Shown: positions 1 through 9,425 of the stretch, piece after piece | Position numbering within the stretch: the first letter of the stretch is position 1 | How the letters are laid out: each line of letters opens with the position of its first letter | Source: Eubacteriales bacterium | GTDB lineage: Bacteria; Bacillota; Clostridia; Oscillospirales; CAG-272 | Assembly (NCBI GenBank): GCA_045123975.1 | Contig: JBGVKV010000007.1 | Span: 1-48,034 of the forward strand | Reading direction: 5' to 3' | Length of the DNA: 48,034 nucleotides | Notes under the pieces: generated by a model | The model's database searches: none | What the model was told of the DNA's origin: nothing | What the model saw: the letters and a program-made list of their open reading frames with translations, nothing else | Position numbers and translations under genes: made by a program

Positions 1-84
1 TAGTTCTTTCATTTCTTTGGAGTTGGTTCTGCTATCTTCTTGCGGAATTATGTTTCCGTGCCATAGTTCTTTTATCACATTCAT
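1..84 (-). CDS. DUF6809-like small protein, N-terminal part (runs off the window edge)
   Basis: ATG at 84-82 overlaps the TnpV stop (ATGA). Reads MNVIKELWHGNIIPQEDSRTNSKEMKEL, with the ELW.GNI.P start typical of this small Firmicute mobile-element protein family. Not in the ORF track. Confidence 0.6.
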   Translation of the reverse strand, partial: MNVIKELWHGNIIPQEDSRTNSKEMKEL

Positions 85-446
85 ACGTATACCACCTCTC
101 GCAAGACGATTTCCTCGGCACTCGCCTTGATATTGTTCATCTCGGAAACCCATCGGAGCATATCGCGAGCTTTCAAATCCTCGTCAATACCTCTTTCGGC
201 GGCGAGGAAGGTAATGATATTTTCCACCATTGTTTTCGCTTCAACGTCGATCTCATACAGCCGCTGATTGAGTGTATCTTCCGAGAGAAGATTGGTATAA
301 CGACCTCTGCATTGCTCTTTGAGATAATCGAGGCGCATTCTTCCGTACTTTCCGATCTCCTTTTGTTCGGGAAGTTCAAGCAAAGGGTAATATTGCTCAC
401 CTCTGAGTTCGTAGGTAATTCCGTTCTGTTCAATGTACTTTTTCAT
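81..446 (-). CDS. tnpV: TnpV family transposon-encoded protein
   Basis: 121 aa with G..Y...G..YYP.L, IGKYGRMRLDYLKE and LKARD...WV..MNNIK..AEEIV..EVVY motifs. SD AAGGAAGG upstream. Confidence 0.85.
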   Translation of the reverse strand: MKKYIEQNGITYELRGEQYYPLLELPEQKEIGKYGRMRLDYLKEQCRGRYTNLLSEDTLNQRLYEIDVEAKTMVENIITFLAAERGIDEDLKARDMLRWVSEMNNIKASAEEIVLREVVYV

Positions 447-517
447 CTTATTGCACCTTCCTTTCCTTTGGTGCTTTAAGTGTACTATAAAGACGGAAAA
501 TCTGCAAATGTGTAAAA

Positions 518-560
518 AAGAAAAATACGAGAAACACCGAAATGTTCTCGTATTTTTCTT
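518..560. repeat. 16-bp perfect inverted repeat (hairpin or terminator downstream of apbE)
   Basis: AAGAAAAATACGAGAA (518-533) / TTCTCGTATTTTTCTT (545-560), 11-nt loop. Confidence 0.75.
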
Positions 561-637
561 CGCCTTCGCAATGCTCGTAATTCTTAATTCTTAAAAACTG
601 TCCTTAAGAGCCCGAAGCATTTGCAACAGCCTTTTTC

Positions 638-1687
638 TTATTCTTTTGTATACTTGTCAAAGCCGCTGGACTGCTGACGGCTTCCGTCGCTCATCACCCA
701 CAAGACCTCCGTATCGGGCAAGGACTCCACCAATGCCAGCCCCTCTGCGGGGGTCATACAGAACAGAGCGGTAGACAAAGCATCCCCGTCGGCGGACGTG
801 CCGCCCACCACGGACACGGACAGATACCCCTCCGCCGGCATCAGCGTATCGGGATCGATGATGTGATGATACGGCTTGCCATCCACCACATAATACCGCT
901 GATAGGATCCGCTGGTAACCAGGGACTCCCCGGCAAGGGACAGATAGGCAAAATAGGGATCCTCCGCATCCTCCCGGGGATTCTCGATGCCCACCGTCCA
1001 CGGAGTACCGTCGCCTTTCGCGCCCACGGTGCGGACGTTGCCGCCCACGTTGAGCACGTATCCCGTGATTCCCTTTTCCTCAAGGGAACGGGCGATCCTC
1101 TCCACTGCGTATCCTTTTGCCACGGCGCCCACGTCCAATCGCATCAGAGGATCGGTGAGGGTCACGGTGGACGCATCCTCGTCAATAAGGATATTATTGA
1201 TATCGGTATGCTTTGCCGCCTCAAGCAGAGCCTCCATAGGAGGAAGCTTGGCGTTCCACGGCTCGTCCGATCCCTCCGCCCGGTAATCGTGCCAGATGGA
1301 GAGAACGCTGCCCATGGCGATGTTCACCTTGCCGCCGGTCTTCTCGTACATCTCCTTGGCGTAGAGGAGCAGATCGATGATCCGCCGATCCACGGCAACG
1401 GTACGGTGTGCCCCGTTCACGAGCTCGTTGACGGTGCAAAGATTCTCCATCCCCTCATACCGATGGTAGATGGTGTACAGTTTATGATACTCACCCAGTT
1501 GGGCAAGAACGTCAGCGGCAATCGACTCAAACTCCGCCTGGCTCTCCGCATAGCCCGTAACAGTGGTCACCGTATCGAAATAATCAAAGGAATATTTTGT
1601 ATATTTGGCACTTGTCTTTTTGCAGGAGCTGAGTGCGGGAACACACAACATCACACACACTACAAAGGCAATAATACGTTTCATCAT
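638..1687 (-). CDS. apbE: FAD:protein FMN transferase (ApbE/FmnB family) lipoprotein
   Basis: Lipobox LSSC. Motifs DVGAVAKGY, LNVGGNV, TSGSYQRY, HHIIDP, DALSTALF. Confidence 0.95.
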   Translation of the reverse strand: MMKRIIAFVVCVMLCVPALSSCKKTSAKYTKYSFDYFDTVTTVTGYAESQAEFESIAADVLAQLGEYHKLYTIYHRYEGMENLCTVNELVNGAHRTVAVDRRIIDLLLYAKEMYEKTGGKVNIAMGSVLSIWHDYRAEGSDEPWNAKLPPMEALLEAAKHTDINNILIDEDASTVTLTDPLMRLDVGAVAKGYAVERIARSLEEKGITGYVLNVGGNVRTVGAKGDGTPWTVGIENPREDAEDPYFAYLSLAGESLVTSGSYQRYYVVDGKPYHHIIDPDTLMPAEGYLSVSVVGGTSADGDALSTALFCMTPAEGLALVESLPDTEVLWVMSDGSRQQSSGFDKYTKE

Positions 1688-1701
1688 ACAATTCCTGTAT
1701 C

Positions 1702-1729
1702 AAAAATGGGAGGTTGCCCTCCCATTTTT
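1702..1729. terminator. Intrinsic terminator-like hairpin between the lipoprotein gene and apbE
   Basis: AAAAATGGGAGG-ttgc-CCTCCCATTTTT, with A/T tracts on both sides. Confidence 0.75.
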
Positions 1730-1743
1730 ATTTTTTACTGAAC

Positions 1744-2742
1744 TCAGCCGATTTTGGAAGCAGCCTTTACCAGACCGTTTACCAGAATGGTGCAGCCTGC
1801 GATCTGCAGATCTGCGGTGCCGTAGTTGTTGTCAGCCATCAGGCCGGCGATCTCAGCGGCGGTCTTGCCGATGCAGGCAGCATCAAATGCGGCGGACTGC
1901 TCGAACCATTCCTTCACGGTGCCGTCACCGTTCAGATCGGTGCCGTATGCGCTCATATTGTAATTAGCGCCCTGCTCCTTCTTACCAAGAACCGTCTTGG
2001 AAAGATCGTAGGTGGAAGCGCCCTTTGCGTCGAAGGTGAACTTAACCTGTACGCACTCGTTGGATGCGGCAACAACCTTGCCATCCGCATCTACAGCAGC
2101 AGCGAAGAAGGTGGTCTCGATCTGATTCTGACCGTCCTTATCCTCGGTTGCATCCTTAATGGACTGCTCGGTATGAGTGCCCAGCTTCAGGGTGTGTGCG
2201 GCGGTTGCATCGGATGCGGCAGCATTGTTGTAAGCCTTTTCGATAGCGAGAACGAACTCATTAATCATAATGGTGCATCCGGCATTGATTACTTCCTCAG
2301 TACCCTTGTTGGCGTCAGCCACGAGAGCCTTCACCTCGTCCAGAGTCTTGCCGGCAACAACGGTCTCGAAAGCGTCAGCCTGCTCGAACCATTCCTTAAC
2401 AGCACCGCCGTAAGCTACCATATTGTAGCCGGCGCCCTGCTCGTACTTGGTCTTGAAGCCGTCGTTAGCAACAGCCTTACCGTCAGCGGTATAGGAAACG
2501 GTGATGTCTGCGGTATCCAGAACGCATGCAACGATCTTACCTGCAGCGTCAACGGTTACAGCAGCAGCGGTGATGGCAACCTTGCCCTGACCGGCGGTAT
2601 CTTCCGTTGCGGCAGATGCCTTGGAAACATTGGTGTATACACCGAGACCGAACTTGAGAGTCTCAGCCTTGCCGCAGCCGGCAAATACAAATGCGGGGAG
2701 GATCATAAGAACGCTAAGAAGTACACAAAGCAGTTTTTTCAT
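1744..2742 (-). CDS. Lipoprotein with two tandem FMN-binding-like (PplA-like) domains
   Basis: Lipobox FAGC. Internal duplication: VDA.GK.VA / K.EQGA.YNM.AYG / VKEWFEQ..AF....GKT / AGCTI each occur twice. Adjacent to apbE. Confidence 0.7.
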   Translation of the reverse strand: MKKLLCVLLSVLMILPAFVFAGCGKAETLKFGLGVYTNVSKASAATEDTAGQGKVAITAAAVTVDAAGKIVACVLDTADITVSYTADGKAVANDGFKTKYEQGAGYNMVAYGGAVKEWFEQADAFETVVAGKTLDEVKALVADANKGTEEVINAGCTIMINEFVLAIEKAYNNAAASDATAAHTLKLGTHTEQSIKDATEDKDGQNQIETTFFAAAVDADGKVVAASNECVQVKFTFDAKGASTYDLSKTVLGKKEQGANYNMSAYGTDLNGDGTVKEWFEQSAAFDAACIGKTAAEIAGLMADNNYGTADLQIAGCTILVNGLVKAASKIG

Positions 2743-2795
2743 GATAATTCTCCTAAAACCATTTAATTTATTGTATAAACTATTTGCGCGATATA

Positions 2796-2824
2796 ATCAT
2801 ACACTATCCGGAGGCATTTGTCAA
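2796..2824 (-). promoter_or_regulatory. Sigma-A promoter for the lipoprotein gene
   Basis: TTGACA-N17-TATGAT on the minus strand. Confidence 0.7.
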
Positions 2825-2832
2825 CAGAAATC

Positions 2833-3336
2833 CTATATATTTCCGCCGGGAATGCGTTTTACGGCCAAGACGCCGCAAAGTCCCACAAATACGCCGGAAA
2901 CCGTGCCGGTGACCGCCAAGACGATCAGGTAATATCCCAGCTCTGCTGTGTTCAAAAGCAGCATGGCCATAAGAATCTGTCCCACGTTGTGGAACACACC
3001 GCCGGCCACACTGACGCCTACGATGGACAGAAAATCCAACCGCCTGAGAAGAGCCATCACCAAAAGACTGAGGACGGCACCCGCCAGGCTATACACAAAG
3101 GTCATAGGATTGCCGAACAGCATAGCCACCACAGCCATACGAACGAAGGAAACGGCGGCGGCATGCCGCACACCGTATCGGTACAGCACGAAGATGATCG
3201 CAATATTGGGAAGTCCCAATTTGATACCGGGGACAGCGGTAAAGAGCGGCGGAAGCAGTACCTCCACGTAAGCAAGAATCAGCGCCACGGCAGTACACAG
3301 CCCCAGATAGGCCAACTGACGGCTCGTCTTCCTCAT
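2833..3336 (-). CDS. Gx transporter / heptaprenyl diphosphate synthase component I family membrane protein (EetB-like)
   Basis: A.AL.L.YVE.LLP....PGIKLGLPN and GVSVAGGVFHNVGQ motifs, multiple hydrophobic helices. Confidence 0.85.
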   Translation of the reverse strand: MRKTSRQLAYLGLCTAVALILAYVEVLLPPLFTAVPGIKLGLPNIAIIFVLYRYGVRHAAAVSFVRMAVVAMLFGNPMTFVYSLAGAVLSLLVMALLRRLDFLSIVGVSVAGGVFHNVGQILMAMLLLNTAELGYYLIVLAVTGTVSGVFVGLCGVLAVKRIPGGNI

Positions 3337-3349
3337 GGCAGCCCCTCCT

Positions 3350-3736
3350 TTACGCGATGATATCCGGCTCCTCGCCGTCCGTTGTGCGCACCGTGATCAC
3401 CACCCGATGGGGCAGACACACGATGCTCTCCCCTTCCCGGGAGATGGGTTTATGGGCGGCGCAGATACCGTCGGGGCACGTAGCGCTTTCCACGTAGGCG
3501 TGTCCGTCCCGGATCACGAGAAGATTTTCTTCTTCTCCTGATTCACCCGTACGGATGGCCAGCGTCAAATCCGTATGAAGCGGATAGGTGCCGTACATCT
3601 TTCCGTCCACGGTAACGGTAACGGAGTCCCCTTCCCCACGAAGGAAAAAGAAGGCCGCCCCGGCCAGGGTCACAATGAGAAGCAATACCGCAATGAATAA
3701 AACATCATTGCGGTTCTTGCGATTGAATTGGTTCAT
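3350..3736 (-). CDS. NusG domain II-containing protein (DUF1312, EetA-like)
   Basis: N-terminal TM helix. N.LVI.DG..YV.SA.CPD.IC and G.SIVCLPHRV motifs. Confidence 0.85.
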   Translation of the reverse strand: MNQFNRKNRNDVLFIAVLLLIVTLAGAAFFFLRGEGDSVTVTVDGKMYGTYPLHTDLTLAIRTGESGEEENLLVIRDGHAYVESATCPDGICAAHKPISREGESIVCLPHRVVITVRTTDGEEPDIIA

Positions 3737-4557
3737 TCCTCTGCCTCAATATTTTGAGAAGATGCGGGAGCGCACAGCGTCTTCAGGCATCCGGTAGGAC
3801 AGTTCTCCACGCAGATACCGCAGCCCGTACACTTATCATAATCGATCTGCGCCAGATTATTCACCACGGTAATAGCTTCATTCGGGCATTTGGTCACACA
3901 CTTCTTACAGCCGATACAAGCATTTGTACAAGCGCGGCGAGCGTCAGCACCCTTATCCGTGCTGTTGCACATAACGGCCACAGCCGCTTCGCGGGGAACC
4001 ATCGAAATAATCTTTTTGGGGCAGATATTCTTACAAAGACCGCAGCCGATGCAGCGGGCGGGATCCACGTGGGCAATGCCATCCTTCATACAAATGGCAT
4101 CGGTGGGACACACGTCGGCACATTCGCCAAATCCAAGACAGCCGAAACGGCAGTTCTTCGGCCCGCCGTACACCATGGCGGCGGAACGGCAATGGGCCAT
4201 ACCTACGTAATCCGCCTTCATGGAAGCGGCATCACAGTGGCCGTTGCAGTGGACGAATGCCACCACGTCCTTGGGATGCTCGATCTCAACGCCCAGAAGC
4301 TCACTCAGTGCGTGGGCGGTGTTCTCACCGCCGGGGATGCATCGGTTGGGAGCGGCCGCGCCTTTAGCCAAAGCGGCAGCGTAATCGTCACAGCCCTTAA
4401 AGCCGCAGGCGCCGCAATTGACGCCGGGCAGGCAGGCACTGATGGCCTTCAACTCGTGACTCTTCTCCACACCAAAGAAGTGGGAAATCAGTGCCAGCAG
4501 AACGCCGGCCAGCAATGCTACGGAAGCAACCACCAAAAGAGCAATCAAAATATCCAT
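3733..4557 (-). CDS. rnfB: Rnf electron transport complex subunit B
   Basis: LPGVNCGACGFKGC FeS motif and several CxxCxxCxxxCP ferredoxin motifs. Start set at MDILIAL after SD AAGGAGG. Confidence 0.95.
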   Translation of the reverse strand: MDILIALLVVASVALLAGVLLALISHFFGVEKSHELKAISACLPGVNCGACGFKGCDDYAAALAKGAAAPNRCIPGGENTAHALSELLGVEIEHPKDVVAFVHCNGHCDAASMKADYVGMAHCRSAAMVYGGPKNCRFGCLGFGECADVCPTDAICMKDGIAHVDPARCIGCGLCKNICPKKIISMVPREAAVAVMCNSTDKGADARRACTNACIGCKKCVTKCPNEAITVVNNLAQIDYDKCTGCGICVENCPTGCLKTLCAPASSQNIEAEE

Positions 4558-4570
4558 ATCGGTTACCTCC

Positions 4571-5170
4571 TTACGCGAACAGCTTATCCACGACGCCGGC
4601 AAAGCCCATGAACGCCAGGGAGATAAAGGATGCGGCGATCAGAGTCACGGCCAATCCGCGGAAGGGCTTGGGAATATTGGTTTCCTCGATGCGGGAGCGC
4701 ATACCGGAGAAAAGCACCATGGCCAGAAGGAATCCGAGGCCGCAGCCCAGGGAGCTGACCATGGACTCAAGGAATCCGTATCCGTCGGTGATGTTGTTGA
4801 TGGCTACGCCCAGAACCGCACAGTTGGTAGTGATCAGGGGCAGATACACGCCCAGGCTCTTATGAAGCGCAGGGATGAACCGCTTGAGGATCAACTCCAG
4901 CATCTGCACAAGGGAGGCAATAACCAAAATGAAGAGAATGGTCTGCATATATCCCAGATTCAGCGGATTCAGAATGAAGTGCTGGATGGGCCAGGTTGCG
5001 GCGGTGGCCAGCAGCATAACCGCGGTTACGGAAATACCCATACCGGAGGCCTGATCCAATTTTTTGGACACACCAAGGAAGGGACAGATACCGAGGAAGC
5101 GGCTGAGCACGTAGTTATTGACCAAAACGGAGGAGAGCAAAATAACGATCAGTGTCTTGAAAAGATCCAT
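4571..5170 (-). CDS. rnfA: Rnf complex subunit A
   Basis: VNNYVLSRFLGICPFLGVS and LGVYLPLITTNCAVLG. Confidence 0.95.
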   Translation of the reverse strand: MDLFKTLIVILLSSVLVNNYVLSRFLGICPFLGVSKKLDQASGMGISVTAVMLLATAATWPIQHFILNPLNLGYMQTILFILVIASLVQMLELILKRFIPALHKSLGVYLPLITTNCAVLGVAINNITDGYGFLESMVSSLGCGLGFLLAMVLFSGMRSRIEETNIPKPFRGLAVTLIAASFISLAFMGFAGVVDKLFA

Positions 5171-5859
5171 TATACTTCTTCTCCTTTCTTATGGCATGCG
5201 CCTGTATGGCAGTTTCCGGCGGAGGGACATCCCTCGCAGGAAAAATCGGTTTTGGCGGGAGCTTTTCCGCGGGTGATGGCCGCCACCAGGGCGATCAGCA
5301 ATGCGTACACCAGCATACCGCCGGGAGCCTTCACCAGGAAAGCGATCTTGAAGGATTCAAGGAAGGGGATGGGCATACCGGCAAAGGTAGCGTTGCCGAG
5401 AACCTCGCGGATCACAGCCATGGCGCAGAGGGCCAGAGTAAAGCCCAGACCCATGCCGATGCCGTCAAGGGCGGATTTGCCCACGGAATTCTTGCTGGCA
5501 AACATCTCGGCACGGCCGAGGATGATGCAGTTTACGGTGATCAGTGCCAGATACACGCCCAGCATATCGTACAGTGCGGGGAAATAAGCCTGGACGATCA
5601 TCTGAACGATGGTAACAAAGCCGGCGATGATCACGATATAGCAAGGGATACGCACGTCATCGGGGATGACCCTGCGAAGCAGGGAGATGAGCACGTTGGA
5701 GCAAAGGAGCACCACCAGTGCCGCAATACCCATACCGAAGGCCCCCACCACGTTGGTGGTGGTAGCCAGGGTGGGACAGGTGCCGAGGATCAGCACCAGC
5801 ACGGGATTTTCTCTGAGGATACCCCGAAGAAGGGTGGACAGATTTCCGTTAGTTTTCAT
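5170..5859 (-). CDS. rnfE: Rnf complex subunit E
   Basis: ENPVLVLILGTCPTLA, VRIPCYIVIIA, LITVNCIILGRAE. Cys-rich C-terminal tail. Confidence 0.95.
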   Translation of the reverse strand: MKTNGNLSTLLRGILRENPVLVLILGTCPTLATTTNVVGAFGMGIAALVVLLCSNVLISLLRRVIPDDVRIPCYIVIIAGFVTIVQMIVQAYFPALYDMLGVYLALITVNCIILGRAEMFASKNSVGKSALDGIGMGLGFTLALCAMAVIREVLGNATFAGMPIPFLESFKIAFLVKAPGGMLVYALLIALVAAITRGKAPAKTDFSCEGCPSAGNCHTGACHKKGEEV

Positions 5860-7036
5860 TACCTGCACCTCCCTCGAAAATCTTTACGGACGTAAAGGCC
5901 CGCTCGATGGCTTTCTTATAGCCGTTGGTAGTCAGAGTCGCACCGGAGATGGCGTCGATCTCGTTGTAATCCGCCTCGGTCTTGCCGACGAACTGTGAGT
6001 AGAAGGATGCATCCGCGCAGACGGAGCCGATATTGTCGGTTTCCTTCTGGGAAACGGTGAGACAGTCGATGATCTTACCGTCGGCAGTCATGGAAACGCG
6101 GATGTAAATATACTCGCCGGAGGCGGGATGATAATCGTCGCCGCCGTTGATGCCGTAGCCGGCACCGCGCATCTCCAGGATATAGTTGCCGCTGTCCGTC
6201 TTCTTAGCGGACAGGCAGGCAGAGGGCAGTCCCTCAAACTGAGTCAGATCGATATCGGTGGTGACAGTGGCATTCAGCTTCGCCATCTGGGCAGCCACGT
6301 TGGCCGCCACATCGGCGGACACATCGGTCAGCACGGCGCCGGTTTCGTCCACAGCGATAAACTGCTCGCCTACGATACAAACCGCACCCTTTCCGTTATC
6401 GGCCGTGTACACCGCATCGATTCCCTCGATAACTTCTACGATAAAGAGTTTCGTAAACTTGCCCTCGGCTGCTGCAAGCGCCGCGGACAGGTTGTCGTTG
6501 AGAATTTCCTCCTCAGTGCGCAGATCCACGGATCCGCCGCCGAGAATGGTGGCCGCGTTCAGCGCATCCTTCATGGCACCACGGTACGCGCCGGTGGTTC
6601 TGGTGGCACCGGAAACGGTATCTACCGCATCCACGCCTTCCATGTTCTTGCCGATGAAGTTCTCGCCGAAGGTCTTTTCATAGCCCAGCGTCTCCGAGGA
6701 TGCAAGGCAGGTGGTACCACTGATAGTACCGTCCGCATTCACACCGCAGAGGATCACCAGACCGGAGGAATAACCGGTGGTGCTCAGCCGGAATACGTAG
6801 CCACCGCCTGCCTCGGAGTACACCTCCGTTACGGTAGCGGGAAGCGTATAACCGCTTACGTCCATCTTTTCAAAGCCTTCGCCGTTCGGCATAACAACCT
6901 TCAGTGCGTCATTGGCGGCGGCCGCCTGATTCTTTTCGATAATGGGAGCGGTGATCGTGTTGGTTACCGCCATCAGTACAGCCATAACCGCGCAGATCAA
7001 CAAAAGTGTCAGCGTGCTTCTTACAGATTTCATCAT
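5849..7036 (-). CDS. rnfG: Rnf complex subunit G with two FMN-binding domains
   Basis: N-terminal anchor, GY.S and ET.G motifs, and two flavinylation motifs (DTVSGAT, DAISGAT). 395 aa. Confidence 0.9.
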   Translation of the reverse strand: MMKSVRSTLTLLLICAVMAVLMAVTNTITAPIIEKNQAAAANDALKVVMPNGEGFEKMDVSGYTLPATVTEVYSEAGGGYVFRLSTTGYSSGLVILCGVNADGTISGTTCLASSETLGYEKTFGENFIGKNMEGVDAVDTVSGATRTTGAYRGAMKDALNAATILGGGSVDLRTEEEILNDNLSAALAAAEGKFTKLFIVEVIEGIDAVYTADNGKGAVCIVGEQFIAVDETGAVLTDVSADVAANVAAQMAKLNATVTTDIDLTQFEGLPSACLSAKKTDSGNYILEMRGAGYGINGGDDYHPASGEYIYIRVSMTADGKIIDCLTVSQKETDNIGSVCADASFYSQFVGKTEADYNEIDAISGATLTTNGYKKAIERAFTSVKIFEGGAGNEN

Positions 7037-7968
7037 GCTTTCTTACCTCCCACACCGAGAACTTTATGCTTGGTCCAACGATCGATGTACGGATTCAGAA
7101 TGTTCATAAGGAGAATCGCAAAGGATACACCCTCGGGATACACACCCCAGTAACGGATCAAAACGGTCAGCGCGCCCGCGCCGAGACCGAAGACGATCTT
7201 ACCGAAGGCGGTGGAAGGAGACGTTACGTAGTCGGTAGCCATAAAGATAGCACCAATGAGAAGTCCGCCCGACAGAATCATCCGCAAAGCCATCATAGCG
7301 TCCATTCCCTCCATGAAGAAGGAAAGCAGGAACACGCATCCCACAAAGCTGACGGGAATGTGCCAGGTGATGACGCGGCGGATCAGAAGATACACAAATC
7401 CGATCAAAAGCGCAATGCCGCAGGTTTCACCAATGGCACCGCCGCGCAAGCCGAGAAGCAGATCCGTCACGGAATATGTACCGATGCTCTCGGGGGCGGA
7501 CAGGGGCGTAGCACTTGACGCGGTATCCACAACGGTGGGGAACGCGGGCATAGCCAAAGAGCCGAAGGCCACCAGCATAAACACGCGTGCAGTAATGGCG
7601 GGGTTCACCAGGTTGCATCCGATACCGCCGAAGAGGCACTTGACAACCACAATAGCGAACAGCGATCCCACCACGCACTGCCACAGGGGCACGTTGGCGG
7701 GCAGATTGAGTCCGAGAAGAAGACCGGTGACAGCCGCGCTCAGATCGGTGACTGTCAGATCCTTCTTGGTGATAAGATTGAAAAACAATTCAAATCCCAC
7801 GCAGGAAGCGGTACAAATGGCCAGAACCAGAAGGGCACGCAGCCCGAAGATCACAGTGCCGGCCACCGCGGCGGGAGCCAAAGCGATCAGCACGTCCCGC
7901 ATAATGCCTGCGGTAGAGCGTCCGCCGTGGATGTGGGGAGAAACGGCAATCTTCAATGTATTATTCAT
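7033..7968 (-). CDS. rnfD: Rnf complex subunit D
   Basis: SPHIH, DLSAAVTGLLL, FGGIG.N.VNPA, SSATPL, GAIFMATDYVTSP, YPEGVSFAILLMN. ATG at 7968 overlaps the rnfC stop. Confidence 0.95.
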   Translation of the reverse strand: MNNTLKIAVSPHIHGGRSTAGIMRDVLIALAPAAVAGTVIFGLRALLVLAICTASCVGFELFFNLITKKDLTVTDLSAAVTGLLLGLNLPANVPLWQCVVGSLFAIVVVKCLFGGIGCNLVNPAITARVFMLVAFGSLAMPAFPTVVDTASSATPLSAPESIGTYSVTDLLLGLRGGAIGETCGIALLIGFVYLLIRRVITWHIPVSFVGCVFLLSFFMEGMDAMMALRMILSGGLLIGAIFMATDYVTSPSTAFGKIVFGLGAGALTVLIRYWGVYPEGVSFAILLMNILNPYIDRWTKHKVLGVGGKKA

Positions 7969-9287
7969 TTTTTTGCGTCCTCCTTGGCTTTTTCTTCCCG
8001 CAAAAGAATCTTCGCCATACGGTTGGTCTGTACCAACGGACGGTTTGCGGGGCAAACGTAGCTGCAGCATCCGCATTCCATACAAGCGGTAACGTGAAGC
8101 GCCGTCAGCTGCTCCATATCCCGACGGTCATACGCCTTCAGAATCTCGGCAGGCGCCAGGCCGAAGGGGCAGGTGTTGGTACAGGAGCCACAGCGAATGC
8201 AGGCAGTGGTTTTGGGAAGCTTTGCTTCCTTGGCTGTCAATGCCAGAACGGCATTGGTGTTTTTCAAAATGGGCGCATCCACGTCGGGCACGGTAATACC
8301 CATCATCGGTCCGCCATAGATTACCTTGGCAGGCTCTTCCGTCAAGCCGCCGCAGAACTCAAACACTTTGGAAATCGGCGTACCAACGGGCACAATGACG
8401 TTCTGGGGATTCTTTACGGCGCCGCCGTCTACGGTCACGCATTTTTCTATCAGGGGCATACCGGTTTTCAGATAAGCGCCGATAGCCGCTACGGTAGTGC
8501 AGTTGATAACGATGCATCCCACGTCGATGGGCAGCTGGCCCATGGGTACCGCTTTGCCCGTCGTGTGGTAGATCAGCACCTTCTCACCGCCCTGCGGATA
8601 CATAGCAGGCAGTATCTTCACATCCACCTTGCATCCCTGGCACACGTCCGTCATCAGCTTCATCATAGAAGCAATGGCCTTGGGCTTATTGGATTCGATA
8701 CCGATGATGATGTGCTTGATGCCCAGATGAGTCTTCATCGCCTCCAGGGCATACTCCATATCCTCCCGGCGATCGGTCATCGTCACCGTATCGCTGGTCA
8801 CATAAGGCTCACATTCCGCACCGTTGATGATCAGGTGCTCAATGCGTGCAGGATCCACATTCAGCTTCACGTGAGCCGGGAAACCGGCACCGCCCAAGCC
8901 TACCACGCCGCTGTCGCGGACCGCCGCGATAAAGCTGTCACGGGAATCCACAACGGGAGGGCAAATCGCCTCGTCCGGCGTCATCTGCCCGTCGGACTCG
9001 ATCACCACCGCCTGGGTGGTATTACCGCCGGCCAGAAGAAAATCGTGGATTTTCACAACCTTACCGGACACGCTGGAGTAAACGGGTGCGGATACAAAAC
9101 CGCCGCTCTCGCCGATCTTGGTACCCACGCGGACAAGATCGCCGACTTGTACCAGGACAGTGGCGGGAGCACCGATGTGCATAGACATAGGGATGGTCAC
9201 CGTCGCCGGCGGCTCCATATGGGCAACAGGCGTATTCTGGGTGTTTTTTCTATGGGGCACATGTACCCCGCGAAGAGAAAAAGCCAT
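7965..9287 (-). CDS. rnfC: Rnf complex subunit C
   Basis: HIGAP, GVVGLGGAGFP, INGAECEPY, YPQGGEK, GGPMMG, CIRCGSC...CP and CMECGCC...CP. Confidence 0.96.
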   Translation of the reverse strand: MAFSLRGVHVPHRKNTQNTPVAHMEPPATVTIPMSMHIGAPATVLVQVGDLVRVGTKIGESGGFVSAPVYSSVSGKVVKIHDFLLAGGNTTQAVVIESDGQMTPDEAICPPVVDSRDSFIAAVRDSGVVGLGGAGFPAHVKLNVDPARIEHLIINGAECEPYVTSDTVTMTDRREDMEYALEAMKTHLGIKHIIIGIESNKPKAIASMMKLMTDVCQGCKVDVKILPAMYPQGGEKVLIYHTTGKAVPMGQLPIDVGCIVINCTTVAAIGAYLKTGMPLIEKCVTVDGGAVKNPQNVIVPVGTPISKVFEFCGGLTEEPAKVIYGGPMMGITVPDVDAPILKNTNAVLALTAKEAKLPKTTACIRCGSCTNTCPFGLAPAEILKAYDRRDMEQLTALHVTACMECGCCSYVCPANRPLVQTNRMAKILLREEKAKEDAKK

Positions 9288-9425
9288 GTTGTTTTACCTT
9301 TCCTATAGTATAAATGTAAGTGTTACAAACAGAAAAATCAGACTTAACGAGGAAATATCGCAAGTCTTGCCATTGTATGCAATTTTGACATATCGGACAA
9401 ACGCGCCCGATATTTCGCCAATATA

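Noticed and set aside
620..631. TTTGCAACAGCC, reminiscent of a clostridial IS terminal repeat
   Set aside because: Single short match with no partner repeat or transposase in the window.
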